A DNA stretch of 64,000 nucleotides from Octopus sinensis (taxonomy: Eukaryota): the NCBI RefSeq assembly GCF_006345805.1, contig NC_042999.1:55676001-55740000 (forward strand), read 5' to 3'. Position 1 is the stretch's first letter, and every line of letters starts with the position of its first letter. The notes below the pieces were generated by a model, which had not been told where the DNA came from, made no database searches, and worked only from the letters and a program-made list of their open reading frames with translations. The position numbers were made by a program, and so were the translations under genes. This document shows positions 48,773 through 61,298 of the stretch, piece after piece.

Positions 48773-48841
48773 CTGTAAGAAGAGAGGACGTCGGTTGGAA
48801 GAAGAAGCCAAATAACCAAGAATATTTTGGAGCAATATCGT
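48773..48841 (-). CDS. TELO2: TELO2 coding exon 6 (TILLQNILGYLASSSNRRPLFLQ)
   Basis: Acceptor ctttgcag|, donor CAG|gtaaat; 69 nt; phase 0 to 0; matches human [22 protein letters not shown]. Confidence 0.9.
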
Positions 48842-49375
48842 CTGCAAAGTGAGGACAAGACATTTCTCATGAATAACAAGAATGATAATGAGTACAAATT
48901 TACAAACATTAATTATATGGTAAATGTATGTGTGTGTGTGTATATATTTCTTTATTGCCCACAAGGGGCTAAACATAGAGGGGACAAACAAGGACAGACA
49001 AAGGGATTTAGTCGATTACATCGACCTCAGTGCGTAAATGGTACTTAATTTATCGACCCCGAAAGGATGAAAGGCAAAGTTGGCCTTGGCGGAATTTGAA
49101 CTCAGAACGTAATAACAGACGAAATACGGCTACGCATTTCGCCCGGCGTGCTAACGTTTCTGCCAGCTCGCCGCCATGATGGGATTCTACCAGTTTGTAT
49201 CCACCAAATTCGCTCACTAGTCTTAGGTCAGCTTGTGTCTATAGTAGAAGACAAGGTGCCACACAGTGGAGCTAAACCCAAAATAACATGGTTGAGAAGC
49301 AAATTTCTAAAGCAAGCAGTCCTAAAAAGAAAACATTATCTTTAAAATAATAATGAAATGATATTGTTTCCTTAC

Positions 49376-49478
49376 ATTGGTAAAATATCGATGAAGTAAG
49401 ATCTTGGTACAGAGTAAGTATTTGACTTTGGGTCGCTCCAGAATGACATCACCAAGAAACATCTCAACAATGCCATAC
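49376..49478 (-). CDS. TELO2: TELO2 coding exon 5 (YGIVEMFLGDVILERPKVKYLLCTKILLHRYFTN)
   Basis: Not in the ORF track; found manually. Acceptor ttttggcag|G, donor AAT|gtaagg; 103 nt; phase 2 to 0; matches human [21 protein letters not shown]. Confidence 0.88.
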
Positions 49479-50041
49479 CTGCCAAAACACAAAACACAAA
49501 CATCAATAGATTAGAGAGACAAGATACATTAAACTTTATAAGTCAACCATGACAGCAGCTATGTGATCACTCAACTTGCTAAAATTAACAGCCAAATCTT
49601 CCTCAAATCACATCCTAATAGGCTTCTATGGTTAATGATGACCATACAGGCCAGGGTAAAAATTTTTGAGGAACTCTGCCCCTCTCTCCATATGACTGAT
49701 GTTCGATGTCAATCCAAGGGGATGGTCACTGATTTGGGCTGATACAGCTTAGTACCAATGTTGTTGTAGGTATTACTGTTATAAGAAGACAAGGAGCCAG
49801 AACAGAAAACACTATAGCATTCCACTTGATACTGCAACCATTTTGTTTCTATGTTTTGACCTCACCTGTGCTTGGGCCGTGTAAAAAGCACTAAGACCAC
49901 TCTGCTGAGTGGTTGGTATTAGAAAGGGCATCCAGCTGTAAAAATCCTGTTAAAACAGTCACAGATGTCCGGTGCAGGCTTCTGCCTGATCAGCTTCTGT
50001 GAAACTGCCCCAATCATGCTAGTATGGAAGGTGGACGTTAA

Positions 50042-51123
50042 CCCTTTCGTTACTATATTTCTGACCAAATTACACCCCTTATGTGTTTCAATTAATTTCT
50101 AACGTAATCATAAATTTAGTCTGGTTTCATTAAACAACTATAACTTTTTTATTTATCGATATATTAATCTGATTTTTGGAAGATAATTTAATGAAATATT
50201 CTCAACCAATTCTATACTATAATTTTTGTCACAAAGTGACTCTATTTGCAGGTAGATACAGGTAAATTCAACAAAACATAAAATTATTAAAATTTTGTTC
50301 AAACATCGCTATAGAAAATATTAGCTATTATTCAATTGGGTATACAACAAAGTTTTACGATAGAATTTGTTATTCTGGGTAACTTTCTGATACCCATAAT
50401 AATATTTATGGCAAAATAGGCCTTAATTTCATTTAAGGTTGTGGGAAATAACAAACTATCCTTTCTTTCGTTTTGTTTACGTTTAGCGTAACGGTTCGTT
50501 TTCGCTGTAATGATTTCAAATAGGCTCATTCGAAAAAGTAAATAGAAATAGCCTAAGGCTTTACCCTTCTGGGAAAGTCTGTGGCTTGGTCCAGTTTCTG
50601 CAGAAAAATCACCGAAAGAAACAGTTTTTAAATTTTCACTCCATTCAGGTGCCAATTCGTTTTCTTTATCGCTATCGGAGATCTCAGATTCACTGTTTTC
50701 ACTTTCGGAAAATGAAACATCAAATTCATTATCAAATACCATGTGCTTTTTTTTTTCAGTCATAGAGTTAGATTTATGAAGGTCTTCAGTAGAAAATCCT
50801 TCGAATTCTGACTCACTGCTTGATATAATGAAATTCGTATCCATTTTTTGTCAGAATTACAAATTTTGAAAACACAATAGGAACAAATTTCGGAAAAAAA
50901 TCTCCCAAAATTCACGGAATTAAAATTACACTTCGATTATTGTACAAAACTGTAGTTGAACTGTTTACGAAGTATAATACGTGTTTTCACAAATGTACTG
51001 AAGAGATTTGCTCTGATATTCTCATTTAAATATGAATAGGTAAATTCGGGCGGCTTTGGGCGGTTTGGTTTCATAAACCAAAATTTTTTTCGGGCGGCTT
51101 TGGGCGGTTTGGTAACGAAAGGG
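50042..51123 (-). mobile_element. Internally deleted piggyBac element
   Basis: 12-bp TIRs CCCTTTCGTTAC / GTAACGAAAGGG with TTAA on both sides (50038-41, 51124-27). ORF 50332-50844 has an acidic N-terminus and 'YFYLLF..II..TNRYA...EIKAYFAINIIMGIRKLP' (DDE_Tnp_1_7 N-terminal part). A 23-bp subterminal direct repeat lies at 51047 and 51091. Confidence 0.92.
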
Positions 51124-53507
51124 TTAAACAATGATGTTTCTGCTGAAATGCACTGCCTTTGTGTCAATTAATTTTGAAAATAATGAAGAATTTTGGAAAA
51201 TAAGTGCAAAGAGCACCATATGTGCGTGATCATTGACAGAGCGGCTAACCGGCTTCTGTGCCAGTGGTACTTAAAGGGCACCATTCGAGCGTGATCGTTA
51301 CCAGCATCGCCTTACTGGCACTTGTGCCCGTGCTAGTAGGGCGCCAAGAGCCACCATCCGAGTGTGATCGTTGCCAGAGCAGCCAACTTGCTTCCATGCT
51401 AGTGGCACGTAAAAGGGCACCATTTGAGCGTGATCGTTACCAACGTCGCCTTACTGGCACCTGTAAAAGGATTTGAGCGAGGTCGTTGCCAGTGCAACCT
51501 GACTGGCCCCCGTGCCGGTGGCACGTAAAAAGCACCCACTACACTCTTGGAGTGGTTGGCGTTAGGAAGGGCATCCAGCTGTAGAAACTCTGCCAAATCA
51601 AGATGGGAGCCTGGTGCAGCCATCTGGTTCAAGAGCCCTCAGTCAAAATCGTCCAACCCATGCTAGCATAGAAAGCGTACATTAAACGATGATGATGATG
51701 ATGAAGTTTGTCAATATTATGCTAGTGTTTGGAACATAAATTAACATGAAATTTCAATGGATGGTTTTAAATGGCATTAAAATACAGAATTAGCATTGTT
51801 GCCAGTTGCTTGAATTAAGCTGTTCATCAACATCATCATCATCGTCAACATTTAACATCCGTTGTCCATGCTGGCATGGGTTGGATGGTTTGATCAGGGC
51901 TGGCAAGCTGGAAGGCTGCACCAGACTCCTTTCTGATTTGGTATGGCTTTCTACAGCTGGATGCCCTTCCTAACACCAACCACTCTGAGAGTGTAATGGG
52001 TGCTTTTACATGCCACCAGCACAGGTGCCATTTGTGTGACCCCAATATCTGCCAAGACTGTGATTTTACTTGGCTTGATGGGTTTTCTTCTCAAGCATGA
52101 AATAATGCCAAAGGTCTCAGTCATTGCCTCCGTGAGGCCCAACACTTGAAAGGAGCTTTTCACATGCCACCAGCATCAACCATTTTGTCTCCATGAGGCT
52201 CAACGCTCGAAAGGTGCTTATGTGCCACCAGCACGGGTGCCAGTTATGTGACACCAGCATCAGCCACGACTATGACTTCACTTGGCTTGGAGGGTCTTCT
52301 CGGGCACAGCATATCACCAAAGCTCTTGGTCAATAAAGATATGTTTTGTGGCCACATGAAGAAGAACAGAAGCAACTCGTGAACATTTAAATGAATATTT
52401 ATTGCAGGGCCTAAAGGCATCTGGTTATTTATAATGAACAACATTAAGGTGACAAGCTGGCAGAAACGTTAGCACACCAGGCGAAATGCGTAGCCGTATT
52501 TCATCTGCCATTACGTTCTGAGTTCAAATTCCGCCGAGGTCGACTGTGCCTTTCATCCTTTCAGGGTCGATAAATACAGTACCAGTTTCACAGTGGGGTC
52601 GATGTAATCGACTTATTCCCTTTGTCTGTCCTTGTTTGTCCCCTCTATGTTTAGCCCCCTGTGGGCAGTAAAGAAATATATAATGAACAACATTAATAAC
52701 TCCCAACTAGAAGAGAGACAGACTGCTCTGAAATTACAGAAAGCTATCTATGTGACAACAAGCAGTCAGCCCAAAAATAAACAGAGTCACCTGTATAAAT
52801 CTCTATGGCAACAGAGGTCCTTGGCTGTCTGCACTCTAAGTCATGTGTCAAACAATTTTTATAGGGGACCAGAAGCCAAATTCTAGAATGTTGGAGAAAA
52901 CCTGATCATGCCACAGCTTCACACTGATTGGTTGACTAATAGACCAATCATGTGAAACCATGGTGGTTTGCTCATGGTGTTTAACTGATTATCTAGTGGT
53001 TGGGGTTTTGAATCGCTGCTACTAATATCATAACACCAGGAATGTCTGAAGTATGGAAAAGGTTAACAGTTCTGCCATTCCATACAAGGCTTAGTGGCTA
53101 GGGTGTTGAACCCATGGAACTCATGACCCAAAGATTGTAGTTTCAATTCCTGGACCAGGCAATGCATTGTATTTTTGAGCAAAACACTACATTTCACAAA
53201 GCTCCAGTCCACTCAGCTGGCAAAAATGATTAAACCTAAAATGGACTGGCATCCCATCCAGGGGGAAATATATATTGCCATGGAAACCATCCCTGTGAGT
53301 CTATGTGACTCGATAAGGATTTTTTTTTTATCTAATTCACCACCCTGGGTGCTTTTCTATTGACCCTGAAAGGATAAAAGCAAATCTGACCTAGGCAAGA
53401 TTTGAACTCAGAGCTTAGAAAACCAAAACAAATACAGCAATTTGTTTTGTCTTATGACCTGCGACTAATCTACACAAACAACATTTAATAACCAAGTTAA
53501 TACATAC

Positions 53508-53655
53508 CAAGGGACTTTCATCAGAAGCGGTACAATCACACTTTCAATAGAACGGTCTGGTGCTCCGGTCACAAGCCGTTTACATAAGCGTTGCCACAGA
53601 AAGCTTTCTTGAGCATTCTTCATCAGTTCAGGTAGGGTTCCATTCCACAATTCGT
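53508..53655 (-). CDS. TELO2: TELO2 coding exon 4 (ELWNGTLPELMK...VPDR-like GAPDRSIESVIVPLLMKVP)
   Basis: Acceptor ctttcag|AC, donor TG|gtatgt; 148 nt; phase 1 to 2; matches human RVCWRLVEQVPDRAMEAVL. Confidence 0.9.
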
Positions 53656-54914
53656 CTGAAAGATAATAAACTCCATGTCTTAAACATTATCTTCATCATT
53701 ACTTTAACATCCATTTTCTATGCTGGCATGGGTTGGACGATTTGGTAGGATGTGGCAAACAAACCAGAGCTCCACCAAGATCCAATGTCTGCTTTGGCAT
53801 GGTTTCTGGAGCTTGATGCCCTTCCCGATACAAACCACTTTACAGAATGTATTGGGTACTTTTTTCATGGCACCAGCACCAGTGAGGTCACCAAATACTC
53901 ACAAGACAAGAACCCTTCAAGTGAGCAGGATATAGTAGTGAAGGATGCGAAAATATGATAGAGAAACAGGAACAAGTGACTTGCTGAAGAGGTGAATGCA
54001 TGGTTTCACCAGATGGAAAGAGAGAGGAGGAGAGTGTGAGAGTGCACCCTCACGGTACAAAGTGAATATGAGAGAGAGAGAGAATAGGGATAGAGAGGAA
54101 ACAATAGGGTGGGTGGGTAGGTAAGTGTACAAGAGTCAAAAAGAATGTGACAGATGGATAAAGATGGAGACTGGGGTGGACACAATGAATATCAGCATCA
54201 AAGAAACAAGTTGACCTTTTTCATCTCCAACCACAATTTCAGGCCTTGTACCTATAGTAGAAAGGATTAATATTATTTTTATTATTATTACAATTCTGCT
54301 GCTCTTTATAGACCCCTTTTCTACACTGTCAGTCAAGTCCTTTCTCCTACCTCCCCCAACCCATAAGTATCATCGGTCACCCCATCCCCGACCCTACACA
54401 GTTTCTACAGTTGTCACCTACTCTTCCCTTTTGGTTCACCTTCACCCTACATCATCCTTCAGCATTTGTTCATCATTATATTAACCCTTCACTCATTCCC
54501 TTCATTCATTCACTCAATTTCTCATACATTCTTGCAACCTCTAAACACTTCTTGTTCTCCTTCCCCGCTACCCTTTTCCACTAGTTTTAATCTCTTTCCA
54601 ACTCCACCCCAGCCCCATACGACCTTTCCTGTTCAACCCTAGTCCCTTCTCTCATGCTCTGGTGTAACCCTCAGTCAAAGAGGATCTTAATCTTTCAAGC
54701 TGCATAGCAACCTCACTAGTGCTGGTGCCCTGAAATAAGCACCCAGTACACATTGTAAAGTGGTTGGCATTAAGGAGGGCATCTAGCCATAGAAGCCATA
54801 TTAAAGGCAACACAGGAATACAACACAATCTTGAGATTTATTAGACCCAGTCAAACCATACAACCTCTAACAACATTGAAGAAAGAAGTTGAACAATGAT
54901 AATGTTTATATACA

Positions 54915-55435
54915 CTCTGTCTGGCCCCCGTGCCGGTGACACGTAAAAGCACCATCCGTTCGTGGCCGTTTGCCAGCCCTGTCTGGCCCCCATGTCGGTG
55001 ACATGTAAAAGCACCATCCGTTCGTGGCCGTTTGCCAGCCCTGTCTGGCCCCCATGTCGGTGACACGTAAAAGCACCATCCGTTTCGTGGCCGTTTGCCA
55101 GCTCTGTCTCGCCCCCATGTTGGTGGCACGTAAAAGCACCATCTGTTCGTGTCCGTTGCCAGCCTCGCCTGGCCCCGTGCCGGTGACACATAAAAGCACC
55201 ATCCGTTCGTGGCCGTTTGCCAGCTCTGTCTGGCACCTGTGCGGGTGGCACGTAAAAAGCACCCACTACACTCACGGAGTGGTTGGCGTTAGGAAGGGCA
55301 TCCAGCCGTAGAAACACTGCCAGATCTGACTGGGCCTGATGAAGCCTTCCAGCTTCACAGACCCCAGTTGAACCGTCCAACCCATGCTAGCATGGAGAAC
55401 GGACGCTAAATGATGATGACGATGATGATGATGAT
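54915..55435 (+). repeat. RTE 3'-UTR-derived short repeat with six ~62-bp internal tandem units (example of the most abundant family, >25 copies in the window)
   Basis: gcacc(atc) starts at 54949, 55011, 55073, 55136, 55196 and 55259, then the conserved ...ggaagggcatccagc...catgctagcatgga...taaatgatgatg tail. Other copies at ~14520, 17545, 22260, 25790, 26665, 35590, 36380, 43820, 51205, 51830 and 58160. Confidence 0.85.
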
Positions 55436-56459
55436 CCTCATTGTTTAACGTCTGTTTTTCATCCTGGCATGGGTTGGACGGTTTGACTGAAAACAGGTTC
55501 CAATATGATTTGGCATGGTTTCTACAGCTGAATGCCCTTCCTAACACCAACAACTCCAAGATACATTTCCTATAATTTCATTTTAAAGTTTCTATATACT
55601 TTTATAGTCTTTATACATCTTCAAGGTGTTGGGCTCATCGTTATAAAGTTATAGGTTCACTTCCTTGGTCAGGCAGCACTATGTTCTTGAGCAAGACACT
55701 TCACTTCATATTATTCCAGTCTTCTCAGCTGAAAGTGAGTACCATCCTGAGTGGGAGGACTGAGGGAGTTTATCCCTGTTTGAAGGCACATGGCTTAGTG
55801 GTTAGGGTAATCAGCTCATGATCATAAGATCGTAAGTTCAATTCCCGGCAACAGGTTGTGTCCTTGAGCAAGACACTTTATTTCTTGTTACTCCAGTCCA
55901 CTCAGCTGACAAAAATGAGTTGTACCTGTATTTGAAAGGGGTCGGCCTTGTCACATTCTGTGTCACGCTGAATCTCCCTGAGAACTGCATTAAGGGTACA
56001 CATGTCTGTGGAGTACTCAGCCACTTGCATGTTAATTTCATGTGTAGGCTGTTCTGTTCGGTCAACTGGAACCAGTGTCACAATGGGGTGACGTTTAAAC
56101 TCCTGTTTGGGATAACATAAGCACCAAAAGACAATCAGTAAAAGCAAGGTCCTAACCACCAAACCATACTCACTTGCAAATTACTTATACTTTTCCATAA
56201 GTTTATAACATTTCTGTACATTTTATACAAATTTTTATATAATTCCTATATTTGTATTTTCTCCTGCAAGTTACTTGGTGACCTCAATACATCAGGTACC
56301 GTGAAAAAGGTACCCAATACACACTGTAAAGTGGTTGGCATTAAGAAGGACATCAAGCCATAGAAATCATGCCAAAGTGAACATCAGAGCTTGATACAGT
56401 CCAGTGGATTGTCAGATCTTGTCAACCTATCCAACTCATGCCAGCAAGGAAAATGCTAA

Positions 56460-56494
<35 letters not shown>

Positions 56495-56759
56495 AATGTA
56501 TATTTTCCGATCATTTTTAAACAGTTTCTATTATTTTTTACTACATTTGTCTACAATTTGGTCATCATACTCTTTTACTTGTTTCAGTCATTTTTGACTG
56601 CGGCCATGCTGGAGCACCGCCTTTAATCAAGCAACTCGACCCCAGGACTTATTCTTTTGTAAGCCCAGTACTTATTCTATCGGTCTCTTTTGCCAAACTG
56701 CTAAGTAACGGGGACATAAACACACCAGCATCGGTTGTCAAGCAATGCTAGGGGGACAA

Positions 56760-56792
<33 letters not shown>

Positions 56793-57132
56793 CATATATA
56801 CGACGGGCTTCTTTCAGTTTCTGTCTACCAAATCCACTCACAAGGCTTTGGTAGGCCCGAGGCTATAGTAGAAGACACTTGCCCAAGGTGCCAGGCAGTG
56901 GGACTGAACCCGGAACCATGTGGTTGGTAAACAAGCTACTTACCACACAGCCACTCCTGTGCCTATAAAGCCACTCCTGCGCCTATCATTCTTGAAGTTT
57001 CTTTTGTTGGAATCCCAGTTCTTCCTTGAGATCAAGGACTCTCCATTCCATAGGACATAACTTATTTTTTGTAGCTGCATAAATAAATAAATAAATAAAT
57101 TAATTAATTAATTAATAAGTAATGATATTTAC

Positions 57133-57287
57133 CTGAGTAACCCGAAGAACAAAGGGAAGCAAATAAATGGCAGAGAAACATAAGAGAACAATCTTCACTG
57201 TTACTAACTGTTTGATGAGCTTTGTGTAGGACTTGGAGCATATCTTGGCACAGCAGTTTGGTGAAAGACGTTGGATAAAAATGCAAA
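57133..57287 (-). CDS. TELO2: TELO2 coding exon 3 (LHFYPTSFTKLLCQD...LCSSGYS)
   Basis: Acceptor ttttgcag|T, donor G|gtaaat; 155 nt; phase 2 to 1; matches human FFPQNYFRLLGEE...LGKACVHG. Confidence 0.9.
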
Positions 57288-58307
57288 CTGCAAAAGAAGG
57301 TAAAAGGAAAGAATTGGTAATATAGAATATAAACAATGGGGACGAATTCTTCCAAAGATAACAAAATTCCAAGATCTACAAGACATATTTTACTTAATCA
57401 AAAACATACAGATAATATCCTCATCCACATCATTTAGCATCCATTTACCTATTTCTTTATTACCCACAAGGGGCTAAACACAGAGGGGACAAACAAGGAC
57501 AGACATAGGTATTAAGTCGATTACATCGATCCCAGTGCATAACTGGTACTTAATTTATCAACCCCGAAAGGATGAAAGGCAAAGTCGACCTTGGCGGAAT
57601 TTGAACTCACAACGTAACGCAGACGAAATACCGCTAAGCATTTCGCCCGGCGTGCTAACGTTTCTGCCAGCACACCGCCTTAGCATCCATTTACCATGCT
57701 GGCAGGGGTTGGATGGTTTGACAGGAACTGGCAAGGCCAGGGGCCACACCAGGTTCCATAGTCTGTTTTGGCAAGGTTTCTACAGCTGGATGCACTTCCT
57801 AATGCCAACCACTTTACAGAATGTACCGGGTGCTTCTTATGTGACACTGACACCAGTGCTTTTTTATGTGGCACCATTAAGTGTTTTTATATGGTACCGG
57901 CACTGGTACTTTTCATGTGGCACTAACACCGACAGGATGACAAAGTATTTTGCAAGATAAGAACCCCCAATTTCCATTTGGTTTATACCAAGGGGTCAAC
58001 AAATTTCCTTATATCATTGACTCCCTTCCTGGAATCATTCACAACTTATTGATCTCCATAGTGTAAATTTTTAAGATAAAATCAAAATCTATGATTAATA
58101 AAAAAAAAAATCTTGATTTCAAAATAATAATTGCTTCTGTCCTTTGTTTCATTACCATTTCATCATCATCATCGTTTAACATCTGTTTTCCATGCTGGCA
58201 TGGGTTGGACGATTTGACTGAGGTCTGGAGAGCCAGCAGCTGCACCAGGCTCCAATCTGATCTGGCAATGTTCCTACAGCTGGATGCCCTTCCTAATGCC
58301 AACCACT

Positions 58308-59760
58308 GACATTACACATCCAGCGGATCATGCTAGCTTCATTTCTTTCAAGTCTACGCATGTCCTCTGCAGTGTCTATTGTCCCTGTGCATCTGCTGCA
58401 CAAGAAAGCTATCTTTTCAGCTAATTTCCCTTTGATGTTGCTGCACCTCTTATGCGTTCATAGCTTACACTGGGTGCATCTTATGGAGTTTCTACCTACA
58501 CCTTTCCTACAGATCGAGCAGGGCCACCTGCCCAAGGGTGTGTGTACTGAGTTCGCCTTTCTGCTTACTATAACTTTGGTCTTTGCTACATTTACTCTAA
58601 GACCCTTTGATTCTAACCCTTGCTTCCACACCCGAAATTTCTTTTCTAGTTCCGGTAGTGATTCTGCTATGAGAGCCAGGTCATCAGCATAGAGGAGCTC
58701 CCAGGGGCATCCTGTTTTGAATTCCTCTGTTATTGCCTGGAGGACTATGATGAATAAAAGGGGACTGAGGGCTGAGCCTTGGTGTACACCTACTTCTACC
58801 CGGAATTCTTCACTACATTCGTTGCCAATCCTAACTTTGCTGACAGCCTCTCTGTATAGAGCCTGTACAGCCCTTATTAGCCATTCGTCAATCTCCAGTT
58901 TCCGCATCGACCACAGATAAGGGATCGGGGAACCCTGTCAAAGGCTTTCTCCAAGTCCACAAAAGCTATGTAGAAGGGTTTATCTTTAGCTAGGTACCTC
59001 TCCTGCAGTTGTCGGACCAGGAATATAGCATCAGTGGTGCTTCTACTTGGCACAAAACCGAACTGCATCTCATCTAAGCAAATTCTCTCCCTAATGAGAT
59101 GGGTTATGACCCTCTCTGTGACCTTCATCACCTAATCCAACAGTTTAATACCCCTGTAGTTATTTCTATCTAGAGCATCACCCTTACCCTTGTAGCAGTT
59201 GACTATGGTGCTGCTACGCCAGTCATTGGGTATGACTCCATTGTGAACTACCTGGTTTACAATGCGGGTGACTAGGCCACAGCACACATAGCCAGCTGTT
59301 TTAAACATCCCAGCAGTGATTCCTGATGAGCCGGGGGTTTTACCTGTTTTCATATCCTTAATTGCCTTAACTACAAGGGAGCTGTCTATTCGGATAGCTG
59401 GTCCCTCTACTGGGTCAACATTTGGCAGGCTCTCCTCCTCCCATTCATTTTCCTCATTCAGCAGTCTTTCATAATGGCTTCTCCAAGCCTCTTTCTTTTC
59501 ACCAACATTAAAAGCAAGTGCCCCATCATCCATGCGGACACATTTCTCTCCTGTAACATCACTATTTTCTCTCACACACTGTCTGGCAATCCGAAATACC
59601 TCAGCTCTTTGGTCCTCACGTCACAGGACATTGGCAAACTTCTTCTTTTCTGCTACATCTTTGGCTATGTATACCTGCCACCCAGCCTCCCTTTTGGCTA
59701 CCTGGTACAGTTCCCTGCTGCCCCCACCCTCCAGGCTTTCCAGGCCTGTCTCTTTGCACT
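58308..59760 (-). mobile_element. RTE-clade LINE reverse transcriptase fragment (5'-truncated, frameshifted, internally deleted)
   Basis: Motifs NYRGIKLL, QFGFVP, AFVDLEKAFDRV, GVHQGSALSPLLF, LLYADDL, GLRVNVAKTK, followed by PCSICRKGVGRNSIRCTQC; split over three ORFs. Confidence 0.93.
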
Positions 59761-59997
59761 AATGGCAGTGCAAAGAGACAGGCCTGGAAAACCTGGAGGG
59801 ATGGGGGCAGCAGGGAACTGTACCAGGTAGCCAAAAGGGAGGCTGGGCAGCAGGTATACATAGCCAAAGATGTAGCAGAAAAGAAGAAGTTTGCCAATGT
59901 CCTGCGACGTGAGGACCAAAGAGCTGAGGTATTTCAGATTGCCAGACAGTGTGTGAGAGAAAATAGTGATGTTACAGGAGAGAAATGTGTCCGCATG
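59531..59997. repeat. Fold-back inverted duplication of the RTE 5' end (230/231-bp arms, 6-nt loop)
   Basis: 59531-59760 vs 59767-59997; loop aatggc; about 5 substitutions and 1 indel by eye. Confidence 0.95.
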
Positions 59998-60126
59998 AAG
60001 GGTTAAAGTGATTGAAACTGTAACTATAAAAATTTCATGTTAATTTATGTTCTAAACACCAGTTCCAAAATAATAATTCTTCATTATTTTTTAAATTAAT
60101 TGATACAAAGATGGTGTATTTCAGCA

Positions 60127-60845
60127 AAAATATGGTATCATCATCATCATCATCGTTTAACATCTGTTTTCCATGCTCGCATGGGTTGGACGGTTCGACT
60201 GGGGTCTGGGAAGCCAGGAGGTTGCACCAGACCCCAATCTGATCTGGCAGTGTTTCTACAGCTGGATGCCCTTCCTAACGCCAACCACTCCGAGAGTGTA
60301 GTGGGTGCTTTTTACATGCCACAAACACAGGGGACAGAGGGGGCTGGCAATGACCATGATTGGTTAGTGCTTTTTACGTGCCACCGGTACGGAAGTCAGT
60401 TAAGGTGTCACTGGCATCAGCCACATTTGGATGGTGCTTTGTACGTGCCACTGGCACGGGGATCACAACTACAATTTCCATTTGATTTTGATGTACCTGA
60501 CTCAAGAGGTCACCTCAAGCACGGAATGTCGCCCTAAGATCCAAAGTACTTTTGAGTGAGCTGGTTATGTGACACTGGTGTAGTTTACAGCTGTGAACTC
60601 ACTTCATTTGCCAGGTCTTCTCAGTCACAGCATACCTCCAGAGTTGTCAGTCTTTTGTCATTGCCTCTGTGAGGCCCAGCGTTTGAAGGTCATGCTTCAC
60701 CACCTCATCCCATGTCTTCCTGGGTCTCCCTCTACCTTGGATTCCTCCCACTGTTTGGGAGTGGCACTTCTTCACACAGCTCTCCTCATCCATCCGTAGT
60801 ACAGCACCAAACCAATGCAAACGTCTCTCTTGCACGCCACATCCA
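60127..60845 (-). mobile_element. RTE LINE 3' end
   Basis: ORF 60647-60835 'RRLHWFG..RMDEESCVKKC...GRGRPRKTWDEVVKHDL' followed by the same 3' UTR and (ATG)n tail. Confidence 0.85.
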
Positions 60846-61100
60846 ATGGTTAAAGTGATCTTGGGAGAAATTCAAGTAAACTTTTGCGGTAACATCAGAT
60901 TCACTTTGAAGGAATGGTTTACCTTAAGAACAAGTGGTTTCTGATAGGTTTTGGTCAAATTTGTTCAAAACCAAAAGCCATAGAGATAAAAAACATAAAT
61001 TTCATCTTCAAATGAAATGAGAGCAAGAGTAAAAATTTACCAAAATTAAAACTTTAGAACAAAAAAAAAAAATGCAATGAGGTACATAAGGAATTTTTAC

Positions 61101-61298
61101 CTGTTTTGATCTTTCAATTTATTAGCAGTTCTTGAAGGCAATGAGATAATGGCATTAACTAATTCTTGATTGACACTGTCATTCTGTGGAAATGAACCCT
61201 TTTCTACAACACACTCAGCCCACATGACATCCAATAAACAGTGCTGAGTGACAAAGTTCTCCAATAATAATACACAACGGTTAAGTTTGTAGCCGGCA
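61101..61298 (-). CDS. TELO2: TELO2 coding exon 2 (AGYKLNRCVLLLENF...ANKLKDQN)
   Basis: Acceptor ttttccag|T, donor AG|gtaaaa; 198 nt; phase 2 to 2; matches the human RLMKMARLLARF...LPDHLGNRLQQEN segment. Confidence 0.9.

Noticed and set aside
59531-59997. Fold-back as a pure sequencing or assembly artefact
   Set aside because: The arms differ by transitions including CpG-type changes, which fits real divergence; long-read confirmation is still advisable.
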